From a virus (lineage: Duplodnaviria > Caudoviricetes): DNA of 64,000 nucleotides. The stretch spans positions 102,593 to 166,592 of IMG/VR virus record IMGVR_UViG_3300037455_000173; one strand, given 5' to 3'. Below the pieces are notes generated by a model that searched no databases, had not been told where the DNA came from, and was given only the letters and a program-made list of their open reading frames with translations. Shown here piece by piece: positions 38,747 through 49,837 of the stretch (positions are counted from its first letter, which is position 1; the number at the start of each line of letters is the position of its first letter). The position numbers were made by a program, and so were the translations under genes.

Positions 38747-41647
38747 TTAGATGATTGATACCCAACTTCCATTTGATTTCAACCAAATCGGATTAGTTCC
38801 TCCCTCTGAAAGCCAACCTATACCTATAGCGCCGTCGTCTATATTACCAGTTGGTTCTTCTGTAGCAAGTACCAATACTACACCTTCAGATGTAATAATC
38901 TGTGTATTGTTGTCACCTTTTCTAAATCTAACACCCTTTAGTAAATCCAGATGTTGACCTGTTCCTAAAGCAGTAAGTAGATGGAACCAATCGATTGTAT
39001 CTACATCTATCGAACCAGAGTTACCTGAGAAGTCAAGACGGTTACGTTTATCGTCAATTGCTGATATGCTAAGTGTTTCCTCACCGAACTTAGATTTACC
39101 AGCTGTAGCCCAGATAGGATAATCTTTATTTCTTATCGAGATATCTGACCAAGTATCACCTGTTCTTGATTGTGCTGTATAGTAAGCAGTATCAAAGAAG
39201 TTAGTTGCATTTGTCTCTGCATGAATCTTCATCGAAGCCCTAATCGGTGATGAAGGAGTTGGTGTTGGGAATGGGTCATTACCTCCGTCCCAGTTAAGGT
39301 CGGTTATCGAGTAGAAGTAATAAGTTGAGTCTACACCAACATCTCTTAACGTATCACCTGTTCTAGCTTGGTATAGATTTTTACGTATTGCACATTCCTG
39401 TAAGAACTCTTCTAGGTTAAGATTTTGATAATCCTCATGTACATAATCAGATATATCCAAACCGTAGTCAGCGAACATTTCAGCTGCTGTTAGATTAGAC
39501 ATCGTTCTTTTCATATTGTAATAATATGAACCAGACGCATTTGGTAACTGCTCTTTATAACAGGGAACTATACCATTATAAAGTCCAGGATAACCTACTA
39601 CCTCAGTTAATAGTGGGTTGTCCAACCAGCACATTTCTGAAGCAATTGTAACATAAGTAGAATTAATATTTAAGACAGTATACGTGTAACTATTACCTGC
39701 ACCGTATGTGCCAGCAGAAGCATCTATCTGTATAATAAATCTAGCACCTCGAGTTACCTCACCGCCCGTTATCGATACCGAAGTATAAGCACTATCGTCT
39801 GTATACACATCAACTGTTCTAGTAAACATAGCATCCCAATCAGCTCGAGTCAAGATTAGAATGTCTGAATACTGATTTGACGACGTATCGTCGATAACTG
39901 CACTCGAGTCTAGAGTTAATGCCGGTATACCAGTATTGCCAGCTGAAGCCACTATCAGACGAGGGTTACCAGAATCGACAGTACCCCAAACATAGAATAG
40001 TCTTTCACGCTTAGCGGCAGTTGTATCTGTGGTAATTATACATAGTATCTCACCAGGGAATATGTAGGTATTATCTATCACCAGAACACCATTAGAAACA
40101 GCAGCATTGGGGAACATTGCTGTGATGTCAGCATATCCCTTGGAATGGCAATACTCAGGAAAATCAGTTGAGATTTGTAGATAACTACCTCTTCTGTTTA
40201 ATAATGAATATCCTAATCCTTCATGTCCGTCGTCCTTGGTACACATATAAATACCGTTGGTATGCGAGGTTGTCTGGTTTCCTAATATCCAATAGTATCC
40301 TTTCAGGAACCTTTCATCTTCCACATGATAGCACGCATTGCGGTCAGGCATTATCGGCTCAACACCGGTTGAATCTGTAATCTCATCTGTAATTACCATA
40401 TGCGAACCGAATGAACCTGAACCACCATATGATATGCTACATGGTAACTTATCTGTAGGTGAAACACGAGTAGCAGGCCAGAAACTACCAAAATAATTAC
40501 CTGTTATCTTATTCTTTACATGAAGAACAGTAGAATCATCTGCATCATTAATTACATGAGTTAAGCACCAATCGAACGGTTTCTTTCCTTGAACCTCAAA
40601 GCCGTCATACTGACCTACATTCAGATAACCATCTGACTTTCGAACTGGAATAATTTCCATAGGGTGAGATATCGGTGGGTCTTCCTCAAAAGAAGCTATA
40701 CCAGCAATTAGATACAAATAGTCGTTCTTATTAGTTAGAATGTCGACGTTCTCGTGATTATGATTCTTACCAGCTAATGCATGCTGATATTCCTCATAGG
40801 TTAATCCGTATCTACCTAAATTCTGATATATACCAGTACCGTTTAAGAAATTCTGATTAACATAACCAAATGAGGATACTAATGTATCACCAATCAATGC
40901 TCTATTACTTAACCATCTATGGTCAGTTACGGTGGAGCCTGCAGAGTAACCACTTGTATTCAACCAGATGTTACCTGAAGCATTCAGACAAAGATTATTA
41001 ATATCTATTGTTCTATGGTAACCATCTTCAGCCATACCGTTACCTGCAAACATAAGTCCTTGAGGTCCATAATATAAACCATTCACGTCTAAGTCTTCCA
41101 TAGACAAACCACGTACGATTAGACTCATCTTTGCACCGGGTAAGTCTGCAATTTTATCGTTGAATTTTAATACATCTGGAAATGCTACAAAAGTCAAATA
41201 ACCGTGGGCTGATGTAGGTTGTGTTGCTTTATTACCGAATTCATCGGAGATGTAGACCGTAAATATATTACCTACAGCCTCCTCAAGAGCTTGCTTTTCT
41301 TCACTATCGACTAACTCAGTAGCTGTTGTAGTAGAACCTGGACGAATAAATACCTCCAAGAATGTAGCATAATCTACACCTATAATAGGTACTGCGCCCC
41401 AAGCTGCACCGGGTACTCTAACAGTCTGAGTATAGAACTGACCACCGTGTGTAGGAGTCCAGCCTTCTTCATTAGGCTGGGAAGCTATACCAGGTGATAG
41501 TAATACCTTACGAGTTACACCATAGGTAACCAGTGTCTGGTATACCTGATTAGTTATCTTAGATGGGTCTGCACCAGTTTCCATTATAAATTCTTCATAA
41601 GCAGACCAACCAACAACTCGACCGGTATTGAAGGATTTTTCAGCCAT
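38747..41647 (-). CDS. Large putative virion structural protein
   Basis: About 966 aa. N-terminal 'GRVVGWSAYE'; the C-terminal 'PTGNIDDGAIG' resembles the end of 36679..37245. Start moved to the RBS-supported ATG. Confidence 0.5.
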   Translation of the reverse strand: MAEKSFNTGRVVGWSAYEEFIMETGADPSKITNQVYQTLVTYGVTRKVLLSPGIASQPNEEGWTPTHGGQFYTQTVRVPGAAWGAVPIIGVDYATFLEVFIRPGSTTTATELVDSEEKQALEEAVGNIFTVYISDEFGNKATQPTSAHGYLTFVAFPDVLKFNDKIADLPGAKMSLIVRGLSMEDLDVNGLYYGPQGLMFAGNGMAEDGYHRTIDINNLCLNASGNIWLNTSGYSAGSTVTDHRWLSNRALIGDTLVSSFGYVNQNFLNGTGIYQNLGRYGLTYEEYQHALAGKNHNHENVDILTNKNDYLYLIAGIASFEEDPPISHPMEIIPVRKSDGYLNVGQYDGFEVQGKKPFDWCLTHVINDADDSTVLHVKNKITGNYFGSFWPATRVSPTDKLPCSISYGGSGSFGSHMVITDEITDSTGVEPIMPDRNACYHVEDERFLKGYYWILGNQTTSHTNGIYMCTKDDGHEGLGYSLLNRRGSYLQISTDFPEYCHSKGYADITAMFPNAAVSNGVLVIDNTYIFPGEILCIITTDTTAAKRERLFYVWGTVDSGNPRLIVASAGNTGIPALTLDSSAVIDDTSSNQYSDILILTRADWDAMFTRTVDVYTDDSAYTSVSITGGEVTRGARFIIQIDASAGTYGAGNSYTYTVLNINSTYVTIASEMCWLDNPLLTEVVGYPGLYNGIVPCYKEQLPNASGSYYYNMKRTMSNLTAAEMFADYGLDISDYVHEDYQNLNLEEFLQECAIRKNLYQARTGDTLRDVGVDSTYYFYSITDLNWDGGNDPFPTPTPSSPIRASMKIHAETNATNFFDTAYYTAQSRTGDTWSDISIRNKDYPIWATAGKSKFGEETLSISAIDDKRNRLDFSGNSGSIDVDTIDWFHLLTALGTGQHLDLLKGVRFRKGDNNTQIITSEGVVLVLATEEPTGNIDDGAIGIGWLSEGGTNPIWLKSNGSWVSII

Positions 41648-41652
41648 TATTA

Positions 41653-42540
41653 TCACTCCCTCTTTATAATCTGAACTACCGAGCATCTACTTTTCTTAGG
41701 TAACTCCCATACAGTATCACCATAGAATATATGCTCACCTTGTTCGTTATACGTGTCAAGATACCAATTGGTATCATCTTCCTTTAAAACACCACCAACT
41801 AATGTACCGCCGGTTAAATGCCTAGCAATAAGTACAGTCTCGAATTCCTTAAGCATTTTATTAGCTTGAGCTAATAATGCTTCTTTTCGAACCCTAACTG
41901 CTTCTTTTATTTTCTCATTAAACATATCTGGCGTAAGGTGTTCCTTAAACTCATAAATTATTCTGTTATCATACTTGGGAAAACGATATTGTGGATTAAG
42001 AACTTTACCGGCTTGATATTCTATCATTTCCCAATACTCACCGCGTTCGAATGTTAATCTGCACATTCTGTACTCAGACTTAACTCTAATTACCCACCAG
42101 ACTTCTTCAGTAATAGCTCTAAGTCTTCCTGTGGGTTTAATTGATATATTGTAATGTTGAGTTTCTGGTTCAGGTTGTTCCTCCACTACTGGCTTAGCTA
42201 CTACATTACTTTCTACGATAGGTAAGCATAGATTACGCTCGACTACTCTGAAGAACTGATTACAGTATGCTTTTAAGAAATCCAATATAGTTGCTGGTAC
42301 CTCAAGTAATGGATTATTCTGTTCTATATCCTTTACGGCATAATTCAAGTCATTAGCTGTATAAGGACATACAGCTTTAACCTTTTCTATTAGCTCTAGA
42401 ACTGTCGTCTTAGAGTTTGGCGTCCAAGGTTTTAACGCAGTAGAAATTCTGTATGAAAGAGAACATAATTCTTTCTTCTGGTCTACGCTCAATGCATTAT
42501 ATGCAGGCTTTACAAATGGATACATAATGATACCTCCCAT
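41653..42540 (-). CDS. Hypothetical protein
   Basis: Long ORF with an RBS and its own promoter motif. Confidence 0.6.
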   Translation of the reverse strand: MGGIIMYPFVKPAYNALSVDQKKELCSLSYRISTALKPWTPNSKTTVLELIEKVKAVCPYTANDLNYAVKDIEQNNPLLEVPATILDFLKAYCNQFFRVVERNLCLPIVESNVVAKPVVEEQPEPETQHYNISIKPTGRLRAITEEVWWVIRVKSEYRMCRLTFERGEYWEMIEYQAGKVLNPQYRFPKYDNRIIYEFKEHLTPDMFNEKIKEAVRVRKEALLAQANKMLKEFETVLIARHLTGGTLVGGVLKEDDTNWYLDTYNEQGEHIFYGDTVWELPKKSRCSVVQIIKRE

Positions 42541-42557
42541 GTATATTCACTATATAC

Positions 42558-42589
42558 ATTATACACGATATCACCCTTAGTCATCGAAC
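42558..42589 (-). promoter_or_regulatory. Phage promoter motif TTCG-N21-TATAAT
   Basis: GTTCGATGACTAAGGGTGATATCGTGTATAAT on the minus strand. Confidence 0.65.
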
Positions 42590-42667
42590 TTTGTATAAAT
42601 TGCTTACTTGCTTTATTAAATATGTTATAACTATACACTTGTAACTACTGCATTTAAGCAATACATA

Positions 42668-43222
42668 TTAAGCAAGGTTTGCTTCAGCATGTGCTATAAT
42701 CGCATTAACGTCTTCAGAAGTAAATTCTGTCATCTCATCACTTTCGAAATATCCAAGAACGAATCTGGCAGAATCTTCTCCCTGTACCCAGTTCGTAACA
42801 AAAGCTACACCAATTGGTACATTATTCTCATCGATGATAACTGCACAGCTATATCTACCAACATCTGAACTTGTCGGTACTTCACCATCTGAAGTTATCA
42901 GATTAGAATATAGAACATCTACCGATGCTCCTTGTGCCCAACCTTCTTGCTGCCTTACACTCAGGATACAGCCTGTCTGTGGCATAGCTGCTCCATTAGG
43001 ATTAATAAGAATAGGTCTACCATTAACATCACCGATGTAGAACTCACCTGTGTCCAGTATTACTGCTGGTTCGCCAGGATAGAGTTTCATCAGATTTCGA
43101 TGTTCTGATAGACCTCGCTTAAATTGTATTAAATCATAACCTTCTTCATTTCTTGCTAATGATAGTAGCCATGTACAGCCTTTACAGCACTTTCTACCTG
43201 CAGTTGATAGAATGTATTTCAT
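42668..43222 (-). CDS. Protein with Mtd_N/hyaluronidase-like fibre domain
   Basis: 'IQFKRG......L.PGEP....DTGEFYIGD' motif. Confidence 0.6.
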   Translation of the reverse strand: MKYILSTAGRKCCKGCTWLLSLARNEEGYDLIQFKRGLSEHRNLMKLYPGEPAVILDTGEFYIGDVNGRPILINPNGAAMPQTGCILSVRQQEGWAQGASVDVLYSNLITSDGEVPTSSDVGRYSCAVIIDENNVPIGVAFVTNWVQGEDSARFVLGYFESDEMTEFTSEDVNAIIAHAEANLA

Positions 43223-43267
43223 GTTATCACCTCCTACTTAATCTAATATAGAAGGTTAACTCAACTA

Positions 43268-44227
43268 CTACCTCTTTAGCGTATAAAGAATTCTCATAGA
43301 ATATTCATCTAGGTCATTTACGTCCTTACCAGGAATCATCGGTATAACAGACGACCTAGCCTTTAGTCCATTCTGTAATTTTGCTGCACCCTTCATACCT
43401 GCTTTATCGCCATCTAGACATATCATAAACTCACGTATATCTGTGGTATTCAAAAAGTCAAGTTGTACACCTGAACCTGTACCTAGAAGTGCCCAGGCGG
43501 GTATGCCATAGCCCCATAAAGTTTGTGCATTTATAATAGACTCAACTAGAACTACCTTCCTAGCAAATAATGACGTTCTAGGTACAATCTTAGAAAACTC
43601 ATATACACCGTATACAGGTTTATCTACACCTAATGGATAGTTATACCACTTTTTATCAATATTACGTCTGACTACAAACGCTACCGAACCGTCAGGTCTT
43701 TTAACAGGAAAGGTTACCGAGTTAGTTACCGGGTCAAACCCTGTATCGAAAACTCTTTGAATTATGGGCTTGATACGACGTTTCTCTGTTAGATAAGGTA
43801 CTGATGTCGTTCTATAAGACATTAACTCTACTTCAGTTACTTCTGGTGGCTTAATTACCTCTCTAGGTGCTAATGATATATTACCAGCTCTATCTACAAA
43901 CTCTATATCGGATACCGTTCTTATAAATTCCAAACCGTATCTATCGTTAGCTTCCTTATCAGAAAGATAATTAACTAAAGATATAATTGTACCTTTAGCA
44001 TCACACGCAAAACAATGATATTTACCATAATGCGGGTTAGCTTTATTATGACATATACCGAATGACGGATGCTGTTCATTACCCATTCCGTGAAATGGAC
44101 ATTGAGTTAATATGTCATCACCTGATTCATTCCAAATCCTAAAGAACGATGTCGATGCTCTTAGAGCGTCGAACACCGCATCTACATCAATCGAGCGTAG
44201 CTCAACCTGCGACTGAGTTGCTGCCAT
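43268..44227 (-). CDS. DNA primase (CHC2 Zn finger plus TOPRIM)
   Basis: 'CPFH....E..PSF', 'HCFAC', 'VLVES' and 'LDGDKAG' motifs. Start moved to ATG 44227. Confidence 0.9.
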   Translation of the reverse strand: MAATQSQVELRSIDVDAVFDALRASTSFFRIWNESGDDILTQCPFHGMGNEQHPSFGICHNKANPHYGKYHCFACDAKGTIISLVNYLSDKEANDRYGLEFIRTVSDIEFVDRAGNISLAPREVIKPPEVTEVELMSYRTTSVPYLTEKRRIKPIIQRVFDTGFDPVTNSVTFPVKRPDGSVAFVVRRNIDKKWYNYPLGVDKPVYGVYEFSKIVPRTSLFARKVVLVESIINAQTLWGYGIPAWALLGTGSGVQLDFLNTTDIREFMICLDGDKAGMKGAAKLQNGLKARSSVIPMIPGKDVNDLDEYSMRILYTLKR

Positions 44228-45482
44228 AGAAAGCACCACCTTGACTGGTTTCATTTCTAGATTGGATATATCCACGGTCAGGGTCCCAAGCATATGTGAA
44301 CCTATCACCAAATCTACCAAATCTACTTTTCTTTACTTCTAACGCAATAATCTGATGAGAATCATCAGGATACGCAATAGACATAGCAAATGATGCGTTA
44401 ATGTTTACACCGTCACCACCTCTAGCAGACTCTAGATTAGGGTTCTGAGTCAAATCTGAACCACTTCTGTTAGCCTGTTGAGTTACACCTATCGGACAGT
44501 GTGTATCACCGCTTATAGACATTAAGTCTTCTGAAACGTCTGTTGCTGTACTGGCATCGCTCTTATATGCCGCGTTTATACGTTCATTTTCTATATAACT
44601 AATACCGTCCAATAACAACAAATCCAGATGAGATGACTCTATCCATGTTCTTAACTTAGATGGTGTAATATGACCATTAAAGTCTCTTTTAGAACGTATC
44701 AGTATACCTTCTTTTCCCTCTAATGAAGCAACATAGCTATTATACGCCTGCATGTCTAGCGCATCACCTCTACGTAAAGCTGAATTAGATAATCCGGATA
44801 ATAATGTGTCTATACGAAATCCTATATCCTCTTTACCCATCTCGACAGACACTATTCCAACTCTAAATCCTGCCTTCCAAGCCGCTACTGCTATATACAT
44901 AAGTATCCAAGTCTTACCCATACCCATACGAGCGAGAATAGAAAATAGTTCACCGTTCTTAGACCAACCGCCTATTAGCTGGTCAATTTCAGCAAACCCT
45001 GTTGGTATAAACGCATTAGGGTCATTTGCTGTGTGTATATACTTCTCCTGTCTATCTTTTACGCTCTTGATAACATCGTAGTCGACATGAGTAGGTATAA
45101 TTGCTCTAAGTTCATTTACCTTATTCTCTATCAACCCCATTAATTGAATACCGTCATTTGAATACTTCTGCATACCTTCATCAATCATTCGTGCTAATTC
45201 ATTGTATACATAAGCTTCTTTTATCTGATATGTTAAAAAGCTACAGTCTTTAGATACATCAGACAAATCATAACAAGGAAAGTCAGGGAACTTTGACATA
45301 AGCTCACCTAAGGTTACTGAACCATTCTGAAGATATCTAGTTCTAACAAACTCGAGGTATCTGTAACTTAATCCAAAGAACTTAAAATTACATATGTCTT
45401 GATAATCAAAGTATTGAATACATTGATTATTCATTACCATATTGATTATTATCTGGTCTGCTACATTTATATTTTGTGCCAC
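44202..45482 (-). CDS. Replicative DnaB-like helicase
   Basis: 'PTGF.EID..IGG', Walker A 'ARMGMGKT', 'SVEM', 'QANR' and 'KSRFG' motifs. Confidence 0.9.
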   Translation of the reverse strand: MAQNINVADQIIINMVMNNQCIQYFDYQDICNFKFFGLSYRYLEFVRTRYLQNGSVTLGELMSKFPDFPCYDLSDVSKDCSFLTYQIKEAYVYNELARMIDEGMQKYSNDGIQLMGLIENKVNELRAIIPTHVDYDVIKSVKDRQEKYIHTANDPNAFIPTGFAEIDQLIGGWSKNGELFSILARMGMGKTWILMYIAVAAWKAGFRVGIVSVEMGKEDIGFRIDTLLSGLSNSALRRGDALDMQAYNSYVASLEGKEGILIRSKRDFNGHITPSKLRTWIESSHLDLLLLDGISYIENERINAAYKSDASTATDVSEDLMSISGDTHCPIGVTQQANRSGSDLTQNPNLESARGGDGVNINASFAMSIAYPDDSHQIIALEVKKSRFGRFGDRFTYAWDPDRGYIQSRNETSQGGAFYGSNSVAG

Positions 45483-45500
45483 GTAATCGCCCCCTAATTA

Positions 45501-46670
45501 TTAACTTAATGCAATCAATACAGACTCCCTTGCTCTGGTTATTGCTGTGTATATAGCAGATTTTCTCATGGCTGAACACTGCTGATATATTACATTAGGC
45601 CACTCTGAACCTTGACTTAGATGTACTGTTAAAGCATAACCGTACTCTATTTTAGGCGGTCTTACCTCCTTAGGGAACAATTCGGGACGAGTTGTTCCTA
45701 TAAAACTAAACTGACCAATGTCAGGAGTTTCCATAACCAAATCTACCAAAGTATAATTCTGATTACTATGCTTAATCTTATGGATTACACCTTGAGCACC
45801 GTTCGTTAATACGAAACCAGAAGATGAAGAAATAGTAGTATTAGTACGACAGATTATCTTATCCCCTACACTTAATGGTTTAGACTGCTGTCTAAAATCT
45901 AATGCGAGTTTTCTCATACGACTATTTAATTCTGTTCTAGATACATTTGTATCAGTTAGGACAATGTCGGCATAACATAACTCTGCATCAGACACAGGTC
46001 CAGAACGAACCATAGATGTACCATAAACGCCACATTTTAATCTACCATTAAGAATTTCTTGTGAAAGATATATTACCGGACTACCCTGTGCTTGACGTAC
46101 AATTTCAGTTAGATAATAATCACAAGTCTTAAATACTGACGTATCGTTTACAGGAGGCAACTGATTAGGGTCTCCTACTAATATTGTAGGTATACCGAAC
46201 GACAGAACATCTGCTAGCAGCCTTCCGCCTACCATACTTCCTTCGTCTATGATAATACATTTCACTTCTGTATCTAATTCTTCTTTTAGCACAAAATGAG
46301 ATTCACCAGATTCAAAATTTAAACCTCGATTTACACTTTGCTCAACCAATAACTCTAAGTTCTTAAAGTCGCCGTCAGCTGAAGTTTCAAAGCTAATAGC
46401 TTCATCATCTGCATTATCCATCTGTACTCTATAAATCTGAGAATGGATTGTTCTTGCCGGTAGTGAAGCCTTTATCAGATTATTTGCAGCTTTACCTGTA
46501 GGTGTTATAAGCAAACAATTCTCTATACCAATATCCTGAGCTACCTGTGATATAAGGTAACTCTTACCACTACCTGCAGGTCCACCAAGCTTAAACACTA
46601 CTGACTCTCTATTTCTATACCAAGACATTATACGTTTATACGCAATTTCTTGGCTATTTGTCAGTGCCAT
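45501..46670 (-). CDS. RecD/Dda-like SF1B helicase
   Basis: 'GPAGSGKS', 'DEGSMV', 'GDPNQLPPV', 'YALTVHLSQGSEW' and 'YTAITRA' motifs. Confidence 0.9.
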   Translation of the reverse strand: MALTNSQEIAYKRIMSWYRNRESVVFKLGGPAGSGKSYLISQVAQDIGIENCLLITPTGKAANNLIKASLPARTIHSQIYRVQMDNADDEAISFETSADGDFKNLELLVEQSVNRGLNFESGESHFVLKEELDTEVKCIIIDEGSMVGGRLLADVLSFGIPTILVGDPNQLPPVNDTSVFKTCDYYLTEIVRQAQGSPVIYLSQEILNGRLKCGVYGTSMVRSGPVSDAELCYADIVLTDTNVSRTELNSRMRKLALDFRQQSKPLSVGDKIICRTNTTISSSSGFVLTNGAQGVIHKIKHSNQNYTLVDLVMETPDIGQFSFIGTTRPELFPKEVRPPKIEYGYALTVHLSQGSEWPNVIYQQCSAMRKSAIYTAITRARESVLIALS

Positions 46671-47215
46671 TAGAATACCTCCTTTACCTTTGCATCTCTA
46701 GCTATTCTGTACATAACACTACCCGCACAATTTAATGGGTCTGTCATTGATGTAGTCACCACTGTTATACATGATTTATTCTGACGTGCATCATATATTG
46801 CCTGTAGCATTAAATCATCGAGTTGAGTAAGATAAGAAAAAAGTCCGTCGAGTATTAGGCACCTTGCATTAACGGCACGTCTAACCATCATCTGGACTTC
46901 ATTATCTCTATTAAATCTATCTTGTGTTCTATTTTGATAACACAGCTGATTAACCGACACGTACAAACCTATATCCTGGGTATCAGTGAAACCTCTACAC
47001 GCATTAAGATAAGATAACAATATTACAGCTGCATTTGAGGTCTTACCTCTTTTTAAACCACTCAACAATACAACACCATTAAAGGTAGTTATATTGTTAC
47101 AAAGCTGGACAATATTAGGTCTAACATACTCCTTCGGTATGTTCTGTAACTTCTCTGGTAACTCTGATTTACGAAGCAGAGTATCATAGACATCATAGGT
47201 AAGCTCATTGTTCAT
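46670..47215 (-). CDS. DnaC/IstB-like helicase loader (divergent)
   Basis: 'LLSG...GKT', 'LILDGL' and 'YDAR....TVVTT' motifs. Position upstream of the helicases. Confidence 0.6.
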   Translation of the reverse strand: MNNELTYDVYDTLLRKSELPEKLQNIPKEYVRPNIVQLCNNITTFNGVVLLSGLKRGKTSNAAVILLSYLNACRGFTDTQDIGLYVSVNQLCYQNRTQDRFNRDNEVQMMVRRAVNARCLILDGLFSYLTQLDDLMLQAIYDARQNKSCITVVTTSMTDPLNCAGSVMYRIARDAKVKEVF

Positions 47216-47624
47216 TGCTACCGAGCTCCTCTCTTAGTATAGCTAAAGTCTCAGGATTGTTCTTGATATCATTCCAATATGGGTCTTGATAATATGACAT
47301 ATTTGCATACATCTTATCCTGTTCTGATGTAAACACAATATGATTCCATTTTCTAGCCGTAGCTGTAAGGAATAGATAAGTAAGTTCAGGAATTGTAATA
47401 GTACTCTTTTTCGAGATTTTTCTAACTCTTGATTGTGTTGAGTCTGCTATCTCATACACATTCAGAACGTCATCTAAGCAAGAATCCCAATCATTAATAC
47501 TTAATTCCGGATTCTTACCTATTCTCATTTCAAGATACCCTGCTGCTGCTTCTAACAACCTTTGGTCTTTTGGGAACCTACTCAAGACATGTGACCAATA
47601 AGGCTGTGGTAAGTTGTTTCTCAT
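47205..47624 (-). CDS. Hypothetical protein (first gene of the helicase/primase operon)
   Basis: ORF with an RBS, overlapping the loader gene. Confidence 0.55.
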   Translation of the reverse strand: MRNNLPQPYWSHVLSRFPKDQRLLEAAAGYLEMRIGKNPELSINDWDSCLDDVLNVYEIADSTQSRVRKISKKSTITIPELTYLFLTATARKWNHIVFTSEQDKMYANMSYYQDPYWNDIKNNPETLAILREELGSNEQ

Positions 47625-47789
47625 AACTACAAAAATCCTTCGTGTATTTCTTTAAAATGCTTGTGTTATGCGTTTGTTTGCGTACAGAGTCTGTGTTAAT
47701 GTGTATACAGTTATTAAACAATAAACAATGTAGCAAAACAGTAGCGTGCTGTGTGATAATCTTACGCACACTACTATAACCACATTAAT

Positions 47790-47821
47790 ATTATAAGGTA
47801 TACGATTAACAGTTTACGAAG
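47790..47821 (-). promoter_or_regulatory. Phage promoter motif CTTCG-N21-TATAAT (helicase/primase operon)
   Basis: CTTCGTAAACTGTTAATCGTATACCTTATAAT on the minus strand. Confidence 0.65.
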
Positions 47822-48793
47822 TTACGTATACCGGGGCTTAGGATACCAATACGCATTAGCTACCGGACTAATATCTGATTTACCTATACGCCTAAATTTA
47901 CCTGATTTTGTATATACAATAGGTACACCATCTGCATATAATGGTACGCCAAGAGCTATTAGATACTCTACCGGTACAGTTACATAACCAGGTACTTTAA
48001 TACTTTGCTGCTGAGCGAACACAGAATTTTGTGGATTCTGAGCTAATTGTCTGGCAACTGATAACGGCATCATTAATCTTGTAGATTTCATTAGCATAAG
48101 GTCTGGAGTACCTGTACCAGACATTTCTAAATCAGTTTCCACAGATTCCACAAGGTTTTCAACACCTACCGAAGGCGATTCAACACTGGTTTCAACATTC
48201 TCAACACTAACCGGTTGAGGTTCCTCATGGTTACCTGTTTTCAGGTTAGCTGGTATACTCTTCATACGCTCAGTAACCTGATTAATAGATTCCTGAATTC
48301 TGGGTATGACATTATAACTCAAATCAGCATACTCAGCAGAACCTTCATCTGAGTTTGGATTAATACAATGCTGTTTCCATAACTCTTCTCGTCTAGCATT
48401 TGCCCTGTCTAACTCAGCTTTAAGTTGACTTTGTTCTCTGATAGCTTTACCTGTTTCTATCAAACTGTCGACAGTTTGATATCCTTCTGCATTATATTGA
48501 CTATGTGCCCAAGCTATAATTTCTTCATCTGTAGCATTTTGGAACATATAAGATGTTATTACCTTATTGCTGTAAGAACCCTGCATAGCATTCTCGATAT
48601 AATTTTCTAATAGGTTAGCTAAATCAGGTAAAGAGTCCTCAACTGGATTTATAATAACAATAGGTCTTCCTTCAATTCCTTGCTGCTGGAATACATACAA
48701 TAACTGCTCTAATGTATCAGCGTGTGTTACAGGACTACCTAATGTAAATATCTTATTCTGTATCTGTATCTGGCTTTGATTGGTCAGCTCCAA
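47822..48793 (-). CDS. Hypothetical protein
   Basis: 323-aa ORF in the operon, with a coiled-coil centre. Confidence 0.6.
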   Translation of the reverse strand: MELTNQSQIQIQNKIFTLGSPVTHADTLEQLLYVFQQQGIEGRPIVIINPVEDSLPDLANLLENYIENAMQGSYSNKVITSYMFQNATDEEIIAWAHSQYNAEGYQTVDSLIETGKAIREQSQLKAELDRANARREELWKQHCINPNSDEGSAEYADLSYNVIPRIQESINQVTERMKSIPANLKTGNHEEPQPVSVENVETSVESPSVGVENLVESVETDLEMSGTGTPDLMLMKSTRLMMPLSVARQLAQNPQNSVFAQQQSIKVPGYVTVPVEYLIALGVPLYADGVPIVYTKSGKFRRIGKSDISPVANAYWYPKPRYT

Positions 48794-48968
48794 CTACCTC
48801 ACCTCGTTTCTCACCAACTCTACGTACACGGCTACGTCTGTGTCTAGCCATGCATACATCACCAGCTTCCTGATTTATAGAGCCGTGGTTTTTTAATGGA
48901 CGCCCACAGTACCTGCAGTATCCGGTATTATTATTCTGTTGTCCAGAAGGGTTCGTAAAATGGTACAT
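48753..48968 (-). CDS. Small Zn-finger protein (DUF6011-like)
   Basis: 'CRYCGRPL....SI...G.VC' motif and GGAGG RBS. Confidence 0.65.
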   Translation of the reverse strand: MYHFTNPSGQQNNNTGYCRYCGRPLKNHGSINQEAGDVCMARHRRSRVRRVGEKRGEVVGADQSKPDTDTE

Positions 48969-49837
48969 ACATAAACCTCCAATCCAGTCAACGCATCACG
49001 TTCACTTACCTTGATTTGTTTTCTGAACTTTAATCCTAATTTGTAAAGATATACCCACTCTACCCAAGGTATGTTGTGCAAACCTCTACCCTGAAAGTTT
49101 GTGTATACAGCTTTAACTAAACCACCCTTATCCCAATAATCTTTACCACATGAGACAAAACGCATTATTTGTTCTAACCATCTAAATATAGAAGCATAGA
49201 CAAAGAATTCATTACCTCTCTGAGCTTCTAGATATGTGAATATAAATGTAAAATCACCATCAAGAATAGCATCACAGAACGGACCTGGTTCCTCACTTAT
49301 CTCTGATTGCATCCAGGGCTTAAAATATTGATTAAACGCGTCTAAGTCAGACACACCTAATGACTCAGCTAAGTCTAATACTTGCAAACCGAACAATCTC
49401 ATATTAGCTGGCGTGTCTAGATTATTCTTCATATGCTCTATTATGCTAGGACTTAGCTTCTTCTTGGTTAGAATATTAGAAGCTTGTGCCCAGGTCAAAT
49501 CTTCTATAACCAGTACATTGCCTTCAAAAAACTCAACAGTCTTCTCTGGTATATTCTTTATAGAAGTATACAGATAAACCACTGTTCTATTTGTAGGCTT
49601 ATACTCAGGTTTTGGATTAGACAAGATTTCAGAGTCATCTGTCAGGACTAAAATCTGATTAGCATTTATAAATCGTGCTTTTGATTTAAAGTCGATTGAC
49701 TCTACAAATGTCGGTGTAGCATTATGAGCTTTACAGAACTGTTTTAGATAGAGTGTCCTAAGGTCATAATCATTTGCCATCAGAACAAACACATTCGGTG
49801 GATTTTTCATAACATCCTTAAACTCAGCTAATGTCAT
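48893..49837 (-). CDS. Clamp-loader delta (HolA)-like subunit
   Basis: Size and position after the dnaX- and holB-like genes. Weak sequence resemblance only. Confidence 0.5.
   Translation of the reverse strand: MTLAEFKDVMKNPPNVFVLMANDYDLRTLYLKQFCKAHNATPTFVESIDFKSKARFINANQILVLTDDSEILSNPKPEYKPTNRTVVYLYTSIKNIPEKTVEFFEGNVLVIEDLTWAQASNILTKKKLSPSIIEHMKNNLDTPANMRLFGLQVLDLAESLGVSDLDAFNQYFKPWMQSEISEEPGPFCDAILDGDFTFIFTYLEAQRGNEFFVYASIFRWLEQIMRFVSCGKDYWDKGGLVKAVYTNFQGRGLHNIPWVEWVYLYKLGLKFRKQIKVSERDALTGLEVYVCTILRTLLDNRIIIPDTAGTVGVH

Noticed and set aside
47578-47769. 63-aa ORF upstream of the helicase operon
   Set aside because: It lies in a GT/AC-rich leader, has no RBS and overlaps the next gene.
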